A DNA stretch of 64,000 bases from Candidatus Multivorans sp. (lineage in GTDB: Bacteria > Acidobacteriota > Thermoanaerobaculia > Multivoradales > Multivoraceae). This document shows, one piece after another, positions 28,423-38,754 of this stretch; within the stretch, counting starts at the first letter, position 1; each line of letters starts with the position of its first letter. The notes under the pieces were generated by a model that was given only the letters and a program-made list of their open reading frames with translations, ran no database searches and was not told where the DNA came from. The position numbers and the translations under genes are program-made. Location: contig CBDCVC010000003.1 of assembly GCA_965222875.1 (NCBI GenBank), positions 1,921,788 through 1,985,787 on the forward strand, given 5' to 3'.

Positions 28423-29960
28423 CGCCGTCTGGTATACTCGGCGCGATTCCGGCTCTAGCCGAAACTCCCAGGAGTCCCCGGAAACCATTGAGCACAAAGG
28501 CCCTAGCAGCCCGTGGTGAAAGTCGTCCGTGAGGTTCGTCGATGCAGGACAGCTCGCGTTGTTCTTGGGGGGGTCAGTGCCGAGCGGCCATGACGGGCTG
28601 GAAACGGAGGCGATTTTGCTGCCATCGAGCGAGGATCTTGAAGTAGAGCACGACGAGAAGCCGGCAGATGCCGCCATGTTGGCCAACGAGAGCATTGCCG
28701 GCGGCCACAGAGCGCCCCTGAAGGCTCCGCGGCGTCCCGATTCCCAGACGTGTACGCATCAGGAGCCCAAGGTTGCAGGCGCTGGCGTGAACATACGCCC
28801 GCTTGAGGACGTTCGTGAGGCCGCGCAGGTGCAGGCGCCGCATGCCGCCGGTCTCGTACTGGTGAGCGAAGGGCCGTTCAAGCCGTTCGCCTCGCTGGCG
28901 CTGCATCCGCTTGCCGCGATTCCCCCGGTTCCGCCGACGGTTCGCGTACACGATCTTCTGCAGGTCCTTCCTGCCCTTCCAACGACGCCGACCGCGGTTC
29001 GGCTCCGCGATGTAGCTGCGAAGCCCCAACTCGTCGATGTCCGCGAGGACCTGGTTGCTGTGGTACCCCTTGTCCGCAACCAACTCCTGGATCGCCGCGT
29101 CGTCCCCGGTCACTGCCTCCACCTGCTCGAACACCTCTTCCAGCGTCTCCTGAACCGACTCCGTGTCCCCGGTCGACCCGCCCTGAATCGTGAGCCCCAG
29201 GATCACCCCGGACTCGAGGTCCACCGCATGCTCGGCCTTGTACGCGAAGTGCGTGCGACCGTCCTTCATCTTCGTGATCTCCGCATCCGGGTCATGCGGA
29301 TTCTCCCAGTCCGCGTTCGACAGCTTCTTCTTCCGCTTCCGGTCGAAACGGACCAATGCCGCACGCGTCGGCGTCTCCACGCCCGAAGCCTCCGCCAAAC
29401 CACGCACGAACGTGTCGTAGTCCTCATCCGTGTCCCGCCGCACGATGCTGCGCAACGCCGCATTCGCCTCCAGCGTCGTCGCGTCGACACCCACCGTCTT
29501 GCCGGACACCAGCTCCGACTCCTCCAGACGAGACAGCACCCATGTGAACACGCTCCGGTGCGTCTCCACAGCGATCCGACGACGCGTACGGGAAATCGTC
29601 GAATGATCTGGACACGACTCGCTCAGACCCAGCCCCAGAAACCGGCGGATACTCAGCGAGTCCTGAGCACGCCACGCAATCCCACGCTCCGAGTCCAGAC
29701 CCTCGAAGTAACCCAACAGCAGCAGACGAAAATACTGCCCAGGAGGAAGACCCGGACGACCCATCCGCTTCGCGTAGAACTCCGCGCACTCCGACTCCGC
29801 GAACTCGTCGAACCCCGCTGACTCCAGAATGCCGTTCAACCGGTCATAGAACGGGTGACCAGCACTCCGCGGCAGATCCGCTCCCGACACCCACAGAGGC
29901 TCCTGACTGCAACGACTACTCTTCTTGCCCATCGCCATGACGCCATCCTATATCGACGCC
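28423..29960 (-). mobile_element. IS1182/IS5-like element, approximate extent
   Basis: Transposase gene lies between the right TSD of IS1595 copy B (28422) and the first plausible start of the MpaB-like gene (29966). Terminal repeats were not resolved by eye. Confidence 0.35.
28574..29938 (-). CDS. IS5/IS1182-like transposase (InsH N-terminal DUF772 plus DDE domain)
   Basis: 454 aa. N-terminal region with GRPGLPPGQYFRLLLLGYFEGLDSER (IS5-type N-domain). DDE region with VADKGYHSNQ (DKGY motif of IS4/IS5 superfamily). Size fits the IS1182 group. Confidence 0.65.
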   Translation of the reverse strand: MAMGKKSSRCSQEPLWVSGADLPRSAGHPFYDRLNGILESAGFDEFAESECAEFYAKRMGRPGLPPGQYFRLLLLGYFEGLDSERGIAWRAQDSLSIRRFLGLGLSESCPDHSTISRTRRRIAVETHRSVFTWVLSRLEESELVSGKTVGVDATTLEANAALRSIVRRDTDEDYDTFVRGLAEASGVETPTRAALVRFDRKRKKKLSNADWENPHDPDAEITKMKDGRTHFAYKAEHAVDLESGVILGLTIQGGSTGDTESVQETLEEVFEQVEAVTGDDAAIQELVADKGYHSNQVLADIDELGLRSYIAEPNRGRRRWKGRKDLQKIVYANRRRNRGNRGKRMQRQRGERLERPFAHQYETGGMRRLHLRGLTNVLKRAYVHASACNLGLLMRTRLGIGTPRSLQGRSVAAGNALVGQHGGICRLLVVLYFKILARWQQNRLRFQPVMAARH

Positions 29961-29965
29961 ATGCC

Positions 29966-31195
29966 ATGAACCGACTTTCACCACAGGCTGATAGCTCCCT
30001 CACGCGCAGGAAATCAATAGTGGACATCCCGTCATGCTACGTCGACGGCTACGAGGCCGCTCGCAAAGTGCATCCCGAGCTGGCGGACATGTACATCCGC
30101 TACACGACCCTCGGCGATCCCGTGGCCGATGCGGTATGCACCGAGCTGGCAGAAACTGCGGATCCGGGCGACGTGCACCGGATCATTGCCACCACCGTCA
30201 ATCATCACGATGACCCGCCGAAGGACACGCTGGAGTCGCTGTTGAACCTGATCGGGGAAGCGAAGATCGTCCCCGAGTGGTTCGACCCTGATCTGGCCCT
30301 GAAGGGCACGCGCGCCTTCATCCGCAACTCGGACATGGTATTGGGCGGGCTCGTGGGTGGAGCGATCATCGAGGGTTTCTCAACGCTGATCAGCAAGTCC
30401 TTCCGCATCAGAAGCCGGATCACGCTGAACGGCGTCCGGCGCCTCAAGCAGAACCTCCTGCAGTTGGTGGAACAGTTCATGCCCGGCGGACTGGAGCCGG
30501 GAGGAGACGCCTGGAGACTGAACCTTCGAATCCGTCTCGTTCACGCCCAGGCCAGGATGCTGATCAAGGACTCCCCGGAATGGGATGGTCGAACCTACGG
30601 GCTGCCGCTCAGCACGGCGCACATGCTGTTGGGGGCCGCCGCCTTCTCCGCGCGTCTCATGGACCATGTGGCCAATCTCGGCGGCGACTTCACGGACGAG
30701 GAACGGGAGGCATACATCCATGTGTGGAGGTACACCGCGTTGATCATGGGCGTACCCGAATCGATCCTGTTCACGGACTACGCATCGGCGATGCGAATAT
30801 TCGAGATCGGCACAATCTGCGAGCCGCCTCCGGACGACGACGCGATCATTATGGCGAACAGCATCGTCAACAGCGCACCGATCGTGCTGGGATTCGCCGA
30901 AACCAATGAGCGACGCGCCAAGGCAGCGTTCATGTACCAGGTTTCTCGGGACCTGATCGGCGACAAGATGGCCGACGACTTCCGGTTCCCTCGGTCGCGA
31001 TGGCTCAGGGAGGTTCCTCTGCTGCGTCTGCGGAACCGCGCGAACAGGGTGGCCTCGCGTCTCCTTCCCGGATGGGGCTCGCGTCAGGCGAGGAACAAGT
31101 TCAGCGACATGCTGAGCGTCTCGAACCTGGGCAACTACGACCTCTCCTACGCCTTGCCGACTTCGGTCTATGACGAAGACTCGCGTGAGTGGTAG
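29966..31195 (+). CDS. Oxygenase MpaB family protein (DUF2236)
   Basis: ~410 aa soluble protein with DUF2236/MpaB-like conserved blocks. The upstream in-frame extension overlaps the IS transposase, so the internal ATG at 29966 was taken as start. Confidence 0.5.
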   Translation: MNRLSPQADSSLTRRKSIVDIPSCYVDGYEAARKVHPELADMYIRYTTLGDPVADAVCTELAETADPGDVHRIIATTVNHHDDPPKDTLESLLNLIGEAKIVPEWFDPDLALKGTRAFIRNSDMVLGGLVGGAIIEGFSTLISKSFRIRSRITLNGVRRLKQNLLQLVEQFMPGGLEPGGDAWRLNLRIRLVHAQARMLIKDSPEWDGRTYGLPLSTAHMLLGAAAFSARLMDHVANLGGDFTDEEREAYIHVWRYTALIMGVPESILFTDYASAMRIFEIGTICEPPPDDDAIIMANSIVNSAPIVLGFAETNERRAKAAFMYQVSRDLIGDKMADDFRFPRSRWLREVPLLRLRNRANRVASRLLPGWGSRQARNKFSDMLSVSNLGNYDLSYALPTSVYDEDSREW

Positions 31196-31208
31196 GCAGT
31201 CCGGCAGC

Positions 31209-31823
31209 TCAGGTTGAATCGGCCGCCTGCGCCTTCTGGAACGCCGGCCTCGCCATGCAGCGATCAGCGTAGGTCTCAAGCACCGGCGATTCGGGAAGCA
31301 TCCCGAACATGCGCAGGAAAACCGCGCTGCTGCCGAGCATCACGTCGGCGGCGCTGAACTCGTCGCCCAGAATCCAGGGGCCGTCACCAAGACCATCCTC
31401 CCAGGTCTCGATGGTCTTCGCGAAGCTGCCCCAGCCGAGCCGGCCCGGGTTGAACGCCTCCGCCTGGTGTTCCTCGGGCACAACGGTCCGAAGACCGGAC
31501 TCGAACATCGCCGGTTCGATCATGCCGGGCGCGAAGATCAGCCACTGCACGAAGCGGGCCCGGAGCGGATCGTCCAGCTTCGGCGCCAGCCTGCCGGAGG
31601 CGTAGCGATCCGCCACATACAGGCAGATCGACGCTGAGTCCCACATTCGCACTTCGCCATCTTCGAGCGCCGGCACCTTGCCCATCGGGCTTGCGGCGAG
31701 GTGTTCCGGGCTGCGTTCCGGCTTCGTCACGTCCACGCGCACCAGTTCGTAGTCGACCCCGGCCTCCTCGAGCATCCAGACCGCGCGGCTGGAACGGGTC
31801 TGAGGGAACCAGTAGAGCTTCAT
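31209..31823 (-). CDS. Glutathione S-transferase
   Basis: Product MKLYWFPQTRSSRAVWMLEEAGVDYELVRVD... has a thioredoxin-like GST N-domain and a helical C-domain. The longer annotated ORF is an N-terminal over-extension. Confidence 0.75.
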   Translation of the reverse strand: MKLYWFPQTRSSRAVWMLEEAGVDYELVRVDVTKPERSPEHLAASPMGKVPALEDGEVRMWDSASICLYVADRYASGRLAPKLDDPLRARFVQWLIFAPGMIEPAMFESGLRTVVPEEHQAEAFNPGRLGWGSFAKTIETWEDGLGDGPWILGDEFSAADVMLGSSAVFLRMFGMLPESPVLETYADRCMARPAFQKAQAADST

Positions 31824-32446
31824 TCGTAGGCCTCCGAGTCCTGATGTTCCGTGCCTGCCGGGGCGCGGCCGATCTCCTTCATTCCGGTGTAGAAACCGCG
31901 CACGTCGAGTTCGATGGTGACCGGCGAGTCGTTGTCGTTGCGCCAGAACCAGCCGTGGTTGCCGGAGTAGCCGGCGGTCAAGCCGCCCCGGCCGCCCGTG
32001 ATGTCGAACTCTTCCGCGTAGCGAACCGGCTCGTCGTCCAGGTCGTTGAAGGGGTCGGCATGAAAGTCCGAGTACAGCGCGCCGCCTTCCGTCTGCCACG
32101 AGTAGACGATGGTCATCCCTTCGATCATCTGCAGCTTGTACTCCATCTGCTCGTTGGCGCCGATCTCTATCGTGACCGTCTCGGCCCGCAGTTCCCGGCT
32201 GCCGGCCATTTGCGCGGACAGTCCGGCTTCGGCCTCGGCCATCGGCTCGGTGCCGGCCGCCTCGTAGAGCCGGTCGAGGCCGAGCAGGCCGCCGATCCGG
32301 GTCGGGTCGATGCCGTACTCGGCCGGCAGGATGACGACCACGAACACGGCGGCCCCGGCGGCGAGCGTGATCGCCAGCGTCTTCAGCAGCCTGCGAAGCG
32401 GCGGCGTTCCCAGATCGCCGCCGGGAGGGGAAGAGGAATCCGTCAT
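31820..32446 (-). CDS. Hypothetical membrane-anchored periplasmic protein
   Basis: 208 aa. One N-terminal TM helix then a soluble domain. Stop/start overlaps with HupE upstream and GST downstream suggest co-transcription. Confidence 0.45.
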   Translation of the reverse strand: MTDSSSPPGGDLGTPPLRRLLKTLAITLAAGAAVFVVVILPAEYGIDPTRIGGLLGLDRLYEAAGTEPMAEAEAGLSAQMAGSRELRAETVTIEIGANEQMEYKLQMIEGMTIVYSWQTEGGALYSDFHADPFNDLDDEPVRYAEEFDITGGRGGLTAGYSGNHGWFWRNDNDSPVTIELDVRGFYTGMKEIGRAPAGTEHQDSEAYE

Positions 32447-33135
32447 GACAAGAAGTACCCCGTCAACTGGTAGGCCACGAGCAGAAAGCCGACCGTCATC
32501 AGCACCGCGTTGGCCGCGTAGCCGTGAGACTGGAAGCGTCCGCTTGCGCGCCAGAGGTTGAAGCTCAGCAAGATGATGGCGAGAGCGGCGAACTGCCCCA
32601 ACTCGACGCCGACGTTGAAAGAGACGATGTTGCCGACCAGGCCGCTGCCCGAGATCTCCACCGGCTGCAGCTTCGTCGCCAGGCCGAAGCCGTGGAACAG
32701 ACCGAACACGAGCACTGCTGCGCGGGTATCGATGCGCACACCGAGCGTCCGGAATCCTCCGAGGTTCTCGAACGCCTTGTACGCCACCGACAGGCCGACC
32801 ACCGCATCGATGAGAAACGGGTTCGCGTGGATGCCGCCCAGCACCCCGACCAGCAGGGTCACGCTGTGGCCGATCGCGAACAGGGTGACGTAGAGGGCTA
32901 CGTCGCGGAACCGATAGAGGAAGAAGATGACGCCCGCCAGAAACGCGAGATGGTCGTACCCGGTGACCATGTGCTTGGCGCCCAGGTACATGTACGGGCC
33001 GACCGCCAACCCCTCGTTGTTGGTCAGGAAGAGCTCGTCCTGGTCGGCTACGCCGTGGGCCCAAAGGCCCGAGGCGAGGAACAGGGCGGCCGCGGCCAGC
33101 AACACCGCGCGCATCGGGGTTCCGGAAGGCTCCAT
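32443..33135 (-). CDS. HupE/UreJ family metal (Ni/Co) transporter
   Basis: 230 aa. Signal peptide followed by HGxxD-like motif and six TM helices. FGLFHGFGLA motif typical of HupE/UreJ. Confidence 0.75.
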   Translation of the reverse strand: MEPSGTPMRAVLLAAAALFLASGLWAHGVADQDELFLTNNEGLAVGPYMYLGAKHMVTGYDHLAFLAGVIFFLYRFRDVALYVTLFAIGHSVTLLVGVLGGIHANPFLIDAVVGLSVAYKAFENLGGFRTLGVRIDTRAAVLVFGLFHGFGLATKLQPVEISGSGLVGNIVSFNVGVELGQFAALAIILLSFNLWRASGRFQSHGYAANAVLMTVGFLLVAYQLTGYFLS

Positions 33136-33252
33136 CGAACCGGGGATGGTAACAGTCGGACGCCGGTGGAGTTCCAGGCAGAATGCGGGCAGGATGCCCG
33201 CGTTCCCAGGTTATCGGCCGCCCGACCCCGGGCCATCAAAGGCTCGACCCGT

Positions 33253-35610
33253 TCAGAGTCGCAACCGTAGCGAGGCCCGGAACGCACGCGGCTCGGCAGG
33301 GCTCAGGAAGCGCGGATTCTCGAAGCCGTCCCCGAGCACTTCGTCCGGTTCGCCGAGAGCGCCGAACGTCGCGTACTCGCGGTCTGTCACGTTGGTCACT
33401 CCGAGGTCCAGATCGAGCGACGGGCTCAGCTCGATCCGGCTCCACAGATCAGCCCGCCACGCCGACCCGACCGGTTCGAGCAGGTTCGCCTCGTCGCCCC
33501 GCAGGTAGCGGCCGGAGTCACCGAGCACACGGGCGCCGAGCACCACCCGATCCGCGATCCGCACGTCCGCGCCGGCCCGGAACTGGCGCCGCGGCACGCC
33601 CGGAATGAAGTCGCCGGGTTCGACCTCGATCTCACCATCCTCCGCCATCGGATGCGCCGGGCTCGGCAGAGTGAGCCGATCCTGGAAGGTCGCATCGAGC
33701 AGCGTGTACGAGGCATCCCAGTTCACCGGGCCGCTCCGACCGCGAATCCACAACTCCAGCCCCTGCCGGCGGGTCGCGTCGATGTTGGTGAAGTACCCGG
33801 CGCTGGTGCCGGCGCCGCTGGAGACGAAGATGATGTCCTCGGCGCTGTCGCTATGAAAGAGGGCAGCGCTCCAGCGCACCGAGCCGCTCCGGCCGCGCAG
33901 GCCGATCTCGGCACTCGTCGTCACCACCTGGTCGAGCGGCGGATCGGCTACGAAGGCGTTCGGCAGCCGGCACGGGTCGTCCGGGTCCGCGCAAGTGAGC
34001 TCCACCGGCGTCGGCACCCTGGCCGACTGCGAGACGTTGCCGAACAACAGGAGAGTCGAGCGTTCCCGCGTGCTCGCCTCCCAGACGAAACCGGCCGAAG
34101 GCACGAGGCGCGAGTACGCGTGATCGCCGTCAAGCGCCGTCCCCAGACGGTCGTCCAGTTCGACCGAGCTGTCGTTGTAGCGGGCCTGGAGGGTCCAGGT
34201 CAGCCGGCCGCCGGTCGTCGTCCAGTGTCGCATCGCCCACAGGCCGTAGTGTCCCGTCTCGGCGCGCAAGCCCACTTCCGAACCCGGGAGTAGCCTGCCG
34301 CTGCCAACGGTGGTCCTGCTCGGCGTCAGCTCGGCGAGTTCGGTGTCGAAGGCGAAGTCTGCGCGTCCCCCGTCCCACGACGCGCCGGCCAACCAGCGGC
34401 CGGAGTCCGTCAGCCCAGCGAGTTGGAGCGAGCCGCCCCAGCCCTCCTGCTCGGTGCGGCTCCTGTTGTTCACGGCATCGAATTCGTCGAAGTCGACGCC
34501 GTCCATGCCGTCGTCGTCCTGATCCACGCGGCCATCGTCGCCGTCACCGCCGATTTCGTCGCGATGGTCGTCATCGTCGCCCTCGAAGGCGTCCGCGTTG
34601 TAGGTGTCGACGTCGTTCACCCGCAGGTAGACGGACGCCTCGAGCTCCAGGTTCGGACCGAACTGCCGCCCGATCCGCAGCCGCGGGAAGAAGAGGTCGT
34701 TCCGGGTGCGGTCGGGGTGGGTGAAGACCTCCGAGCGACCTGTTTCGAGCAGCTCCACGGGCGTCGCGCCATTGCCGATCAGTTCGTTGTCCGCGGCGCC
34801 CACGGTCAACGCGAGATGGCCACGCTCACCGCGCTGCGAGAGCTTCGCCAACACCTGGCGAAGCGAACTGGGCGAGAAGTCGCGCCAGCCATCCTCCTCG
34901 TACGACCGCGCCGCCACGAACCAACCAAGACCGTCCTCCGAGCCGAAGACGCCGCCGGCACTCAGCTCGCCCGACCGGCGGCCGAACGATCCGCCCTCCA
35001 GGTTCAGGTTCAGCCGCTCCGAGTCGAAACCGCTGCGCGTATTCAGGGCAAGCGCACCACCGAGAGTGTTCAGACCGAACATCGGATTCGCGCCCGGCAG
35101 CAGTTCGATCCGCTCCGCCGCGAACACCGGCACGAGATCCCAGGCCACGATGTCGCCGAAGACCTCGTTGACGCGCACACCGTCCTCGTACAGCGACAGC
35201 CCCTGATTGGCGCCCAGGAGGGGCGACGCGCCAAAGCCGCGGTAGAGCACATCGGCCTGGAGGGAACTGCCCTGAGCCGCCGACAGGTGAACGCCCGGCA
35301 GCTCGGCTTCGAGCAGGACACCGGCGCCACCGGCAACTCCTCGCTCCAGGGCTTCTGAAGAAACGCGATGGACCGTCCAGGGCACGCGGTCCGACGACTC
35401 ACCCAGATGATCCAGGGGAGCAAGGCCTATGACCTCGATCTCCTCTCCGAACGCGCCTTCCGCGTGCGAGTTCTCCTCCTCGCCGCCGGCATGGTCGTGT
35501 TCACCGTCGCGCGGTTGCTCCTGCGCGGACAGATGAGCGCTCCCCGCCCAACACAGGAAGCCGGCCAAACCCAGGGACAGAAGCCGGCGCCGGGACCAGG
35601 ATTCACTCAT
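33253..35610 (-). CDS. TonB-dependent receptor
   Basis: Signal peptide, plug domain (VIGLAPLDHLGESSDRVPWTVHRVSSEAL...) and a 22-strand barrel-length C-terminal region. Contains an unusual Asp-rich insert (DDDDHRDEIGGDGDDGRVDQDDDGMDGVDFDEFD). Confidence 0.82.
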   Translation of the reverse strand: MSESWSRRRLLSLGLAGFLCWAGSAHLSAQEQPRDGEHDHAGGEEENSHAEGAFGEEIEVIGLAPLDHLGESSDRVPWTVHRVSSEALERGVAGGAGVLLEAELPGVHLSAAQGSSLQADVLYRGFGASPLLGANQGLSLYEDGVRVNEVFGDIVAWDLVPVFAAERIELLPGANPMFGLNTLGGALALNTRSGFDSERLNLNLEGGSFGRRSGELSAGGVFGSEDGLGWFVAARSYEEDGWRDFSPSSLRQVLAKLSQRGERGHLALTVGAADNELIGNGATPVELLETGRSEVFTHPDRTRNDLFFPRLRIGRQFGPNLELEASVYLRVNDVDTYNADAFEGDDDDHRDEIGGDGDDGRVDQDDDGMDGVDFDEFDAVNNRSRTEQEGWGGSLQLAGLTDSGRWLAGASWDGGRADFAFDTELAELTPSRTTVGSGRLLPGSEVGLRAETGHYGLWAMRHWTTTGGRLTWTLQARYNDSSVELDDRLGTALDGDHAYSRLVPSAGFVWEASTRERSTLLLFGNVSQSARVPTPVELTCADPDDPCRLPNAFVADPPLDQVVTTSAEIGLRGRSGSVRWSAALFHSDSAEDIIFVSSGAGTSAGYFTNIDATRRQGLELWIRGRSGPVNWDASYTLLDATFQDRLTLPSPAHPMAEDGEIEVEPGDFIPGVPRRQFRAGADVRIADRVVLGARVLGDSGRYLRGDEANLLEPVGSAWRADLWSRIELSPSLDLDLGVTNVTDREYATFGALGEPDEVLGDGFENPRFLSPAEPRAFRASLRLRL

Positions 35611-35707
35611 CTCGGCGGCAATGTTCCACTTCCAGTGTTTCGCCGTGTCCACAGACGGTCAACGCTAGCGCGGCAGCGCCGCGCAGACTCGTGGCTACAC
35701 TCAAGCC

Positions 35708-35895
35708 ATGATCCACCGCCACATTCGACCGTCGACTCACGCACTGGCGATGACCGCTCTCGGCCTTGTATCGCTGTCGCACGCGAGTGCCCAACCGCCC
35801 CGCATCAACACCGACGATCTGCCGCGGCTTGAAGCGTTCTCCCACGCGACCCGCGTCGGCGACCTGATCTTCGTTGCCGGCACGCTCGGCACCAC
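35708..35895 (+). pseudogene. RidA/YjgF-like gene fragment (N-terminal ~60 codons only)
   Basis: FSHATRVGDLIFVAGTLGT resembles the RidA N-terminal strand. The frame then dissolves into the hydrolase reading frames. Confidence 0.4.
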
Positions 35896-36617
35896 CGATC
35901 TACTACGAGGTCACCGGCGACGGCGAACCCCTGCGCTGGCGGCAACCACGCGATCTGGTTCGAGCAGGTGGCCTTCTTCGCCCGGCGCTACAAGGTCATC
36001 ACCTGGGACCAGCGCTCGTTCGGCAACTCCACGGATCACGCCGGACGCCACAACGCGGAGGCCTTCGCGGCCGACCTGCTGGCGCTTCTCGACCATCTGG
36101 AAATCGACAAGGCGCATGTGGCGGGCCAGTCGATGGGCGGCTGGACCACCGTGCGCTTCGCCCTGGACCACCCGGATCGCGTCCGATCGGTGATCCTCGC
36201 CGACACGACCGGCGGCATCGTCACCGAAGAGGTTCGGGCGGACTACGAGCGGCTCCGCTCAGGGAGGCCCGCGCCGAGGCCGAGCGGGCCCGTGCCGAAG
36301 GTCGTCTCGACGAGGATCCGATGCGGGCCTTTCTCTACGGCCAGATCAGCAGCCTGAACGGAGAGCGCCCGATGGACATCGGCGCCATGCTGTTCGGCGT
36401 CGACTACGCACCGCGCGCCGACGAGCTCACGATGCCGGTGCTGATGATCGTCGGCTCGGAAGACCCGCTGTTCCGGCCGCCGTCGATCCGCACGATCGCC
36501 GACCTGCTGCCGAACGTCCGCGTCGTCGAGATCCCCGGCGCCGGCCACTCGCCGTACTTCTACCAGCCAGACCAGTGGAACCGGGTCGTCCTGGAGTTTC
36601 TGCGCGAGCAGGACTAG
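35874..36617 (+). pseudogene. Alpha/beta hydrolase, disrupted (frameshift/deletion near 35930 and a second frame change near 36250-36360)
   Basis: Frame 1 (35968-36357) encodes HAIWFEQVAFFARRYKVITWDQRSFGNS...AGQSMGGW, i.e. the nucleophile elbow GQSMG. The C-terminal third (...VGSEDPLF...PGAGHSPYF...) is in the frame of 35874. The expected HGxGG region appears deleted (EPL-RWRQP). Confidence 0.6.
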
Positions 36618-37835
36618 TGTCATGTCACACGTCCTCTGCCGTATGAATCGTAGTAGGCTCCTTGCCGTTCGACAACGGCAAGGAGTCTGGCATGAAGCGG
36701 TATGTGGTGGAGTTGGAGGCGCAGGAGCGCGAGGCGTTGGCGACGATGACGCGCAAGGGTTCGCATCGGTCGCAGAAGGTGATCAACGCCTTGATTCTGC
36801 TCAACTGCGACGAGGGCGAGTTCAACGGGCGTCGGCCGACCGGCGAGACGATCGCCGGGGTCTTGCGGATCAGTGCGCGCAGGGTGGATCGTGTGAAGAA
36901 GCGGTTTGTGGAGGACGGTCTGGAGGCGGCGCTCGGCAGTCGGCAGGGGCGTCGTCCGAAGTACCTGCGCAAGGCGGATGGCGAGTTCGAGGCGCGGCTG
37001 GTCGCGCTGAGTTGCGGCGAGCCGCCCGAAGGGCGTTCGCAGTGGTCTCTGCGTCTGTTGGCGGACCGTGCGGTGGAGCTCGGCTATATCGACAGCGTCT
37101 CGCACGAGACGGTGCGGCGGGTGCTAAAAAAAACGCTCTCAAACCGTGGCGCCGCGTCGGCTGGGTGATTCCGCCGCAATGCAACGCCGACTTCGCGGCG
37201 AACATGGAGCGGGTGCTCGACGTCTATCGGCGTCCGTACGACGCGAACTTCCCGGTGGTGTGCATGGACGAGACGCCGCGGCAGTTGATCGCCGAGACAC
37301 GGGCGCCCATCCCGCCGGCCCCTGGACGGGAGGTCCGCGAAGACTACGAGTACCGACGCTGCGGCACCTGCAACGTGTTCATGGCGACCGAACCGCTGGC
37401 CGGGCGGCGTCTGACCAAGGTCACCGAGCGCAGGACCAAGACCGACTGGGCGCGTTTCCTGGAAGACATCGCCGGGCAGTATCCCGACGCCACCCGAATC
37501 ACGCTGGTGATGGACAACCTCAACACCCACCGCCCCGGCGCGCTCTACGAGACCTTCGACCCGGCCCGGGCCAAGGCGCTGTGGGACCGCTTCGAGTTCG
37601 TCTATACCCCCAAGCACGGCAGTTGGCTGAACGTCGCCGAGGTCGAACTCAGCGTGATGATCCGCCAGTGCCTCAACCGCCGCATCGACTCCATCGACAT
37701 CCTGCGCACCGAAGTCGGCGCCTGGCAGGACGCCAGAGACCGAATCCAAGCCAAGGTCAACTGGCACTTCACCACCGACGACGCTCGCGTCAAACTCAAG
37801 CGCCTCTATCCGACTTTTGACGAGTGACACGGCAC
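36617..37835 (+). mobile_element. IS630-family insertion sequence, copy 2 (1,219 bp)
   Basis: TA duplication (36615-16 and 37836-37). Same terminal inverted repeats as copy 1. Inserted into the TA of the hydrolase TAG stop codon. Confidence 0.8.
36662..37827 (+). CDS. IS630-family transposase OrfAB with A8 -1 frameshift site (37126-37133)
   Basis: Near-identical to copy 1 (three amino-acid differences seen: H/Y, Q/P, TLRA/ILRT). Confidence 0.75.
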
Positions 37836-37853
37836 TAGCCAATGGGTGCGCCG

Positions 37854-38711
37854 CTAGCGCCAGCGGCGGTGGCCCCAGAGGTACTGGTCGGGGTCGCGGC
37901 GGACCGCCTCTTCGAGGTGCGTGTTCAGCGTGACGAGGATCGCCTCCACGTCGGCGTTCCGGTCGCCGCTCCGCTTCTGCTCGATCAACGGCGACAGGGT
38001 CAGCTCGAAGGTCATCGGCGCCGCGCGCCGGCAGGTCGCGAAACACAGCGGCGCCCGGGTCACCAGGTGCAGCATCGCGGCGGTCGCGTGCGTCTTCGCC
38101 GGATGACCGAAGAACGGAACGTCGACGCCCCGGCGCGCGTGCTGATCGACGAGAAGGGCCAGGATCTCGCCGTCGCCGAGGAGCCTGATGAACCGCCCCG
38201 GATCGGGGTCGTACTTGGGGATCATCCGGAACTCGCGCCGCGGCCGCCGGCTGAGCGCTAGCTGCTCGACCCGGGGGTTGTTCATCGGCCGCGAGATGCC
38301 GGCGACCGGTTTGTACCGGGACAGCCACTGGCCGGCGAGTTCCCAGTTGCCGAAGTGACCGGAGACGACGATCAGGCCGCGTTCGGGATCGTCGAGCACC
38401 GCCTGCACGTCGTCCGGTATCCGGACCCTGACCCGGTCCGGGTCGTCGAGCACCAGCGCCGATTTCATCGACTCGACCAGCACCATCCCCATGTGGCGGG
38501 CGGCGGCCCGACCAATGGCCCGCGCCTCCCCCGTGTCGCCGGCCACGCCGGCCCGCAGAATGTTGGAGGTCGCCACCCGGCGCCGCGGCCGGTCGGCGGT
38601 CCACCACAGAGTCCCCAACCAGCCCGCCCAGCGCGAAGCAGCAGCCGGCGGCAGCAGATCGACGCCGAGCAACGCCAGTCGCGCGGCCCAGTATTCGAGA
38701 AGGTGAAGCAC
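37854..38711 (-). CDS. Lipid A biosynthesis late acyltransferase (LpxL/HtrB/LpxXL-like, LPLAT superfamily)
   Basis: 285 aa. N-terminal TM segment and an HX4E motif (SGHFGNWE). Confidence 0.75.
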   Translation of the reverse strand: MLHLLEYWAARLALLGVDLLPPAAASRWAGWLGTLWWTADRPRRRVATSNILRAGVAGDTGEARAIGRAAARHMGMVLVESMKSALVLDDPDRVRVRIPDDVQAVLDDPERGLIVVSGHFGNWELAGQWLSRYKPVAGISRPMNNPRVEQLALSRRPRREFRMIPKYDPDPGRFIRLLGDGEILALLVDQHARRGVDVPFFGHPAKTHATAAMLHLVTRAPLCFATCRRAAPMTFELTLSPLIEQKRSGDRNADVEAILVTLNTHLEEAVRRDPDQYLWGHRRWR

Positions 38712-38754
38712 CCGGGCCGCTGGAGAAACGGAGCGCCTTCGGCGGCGACCGCGG

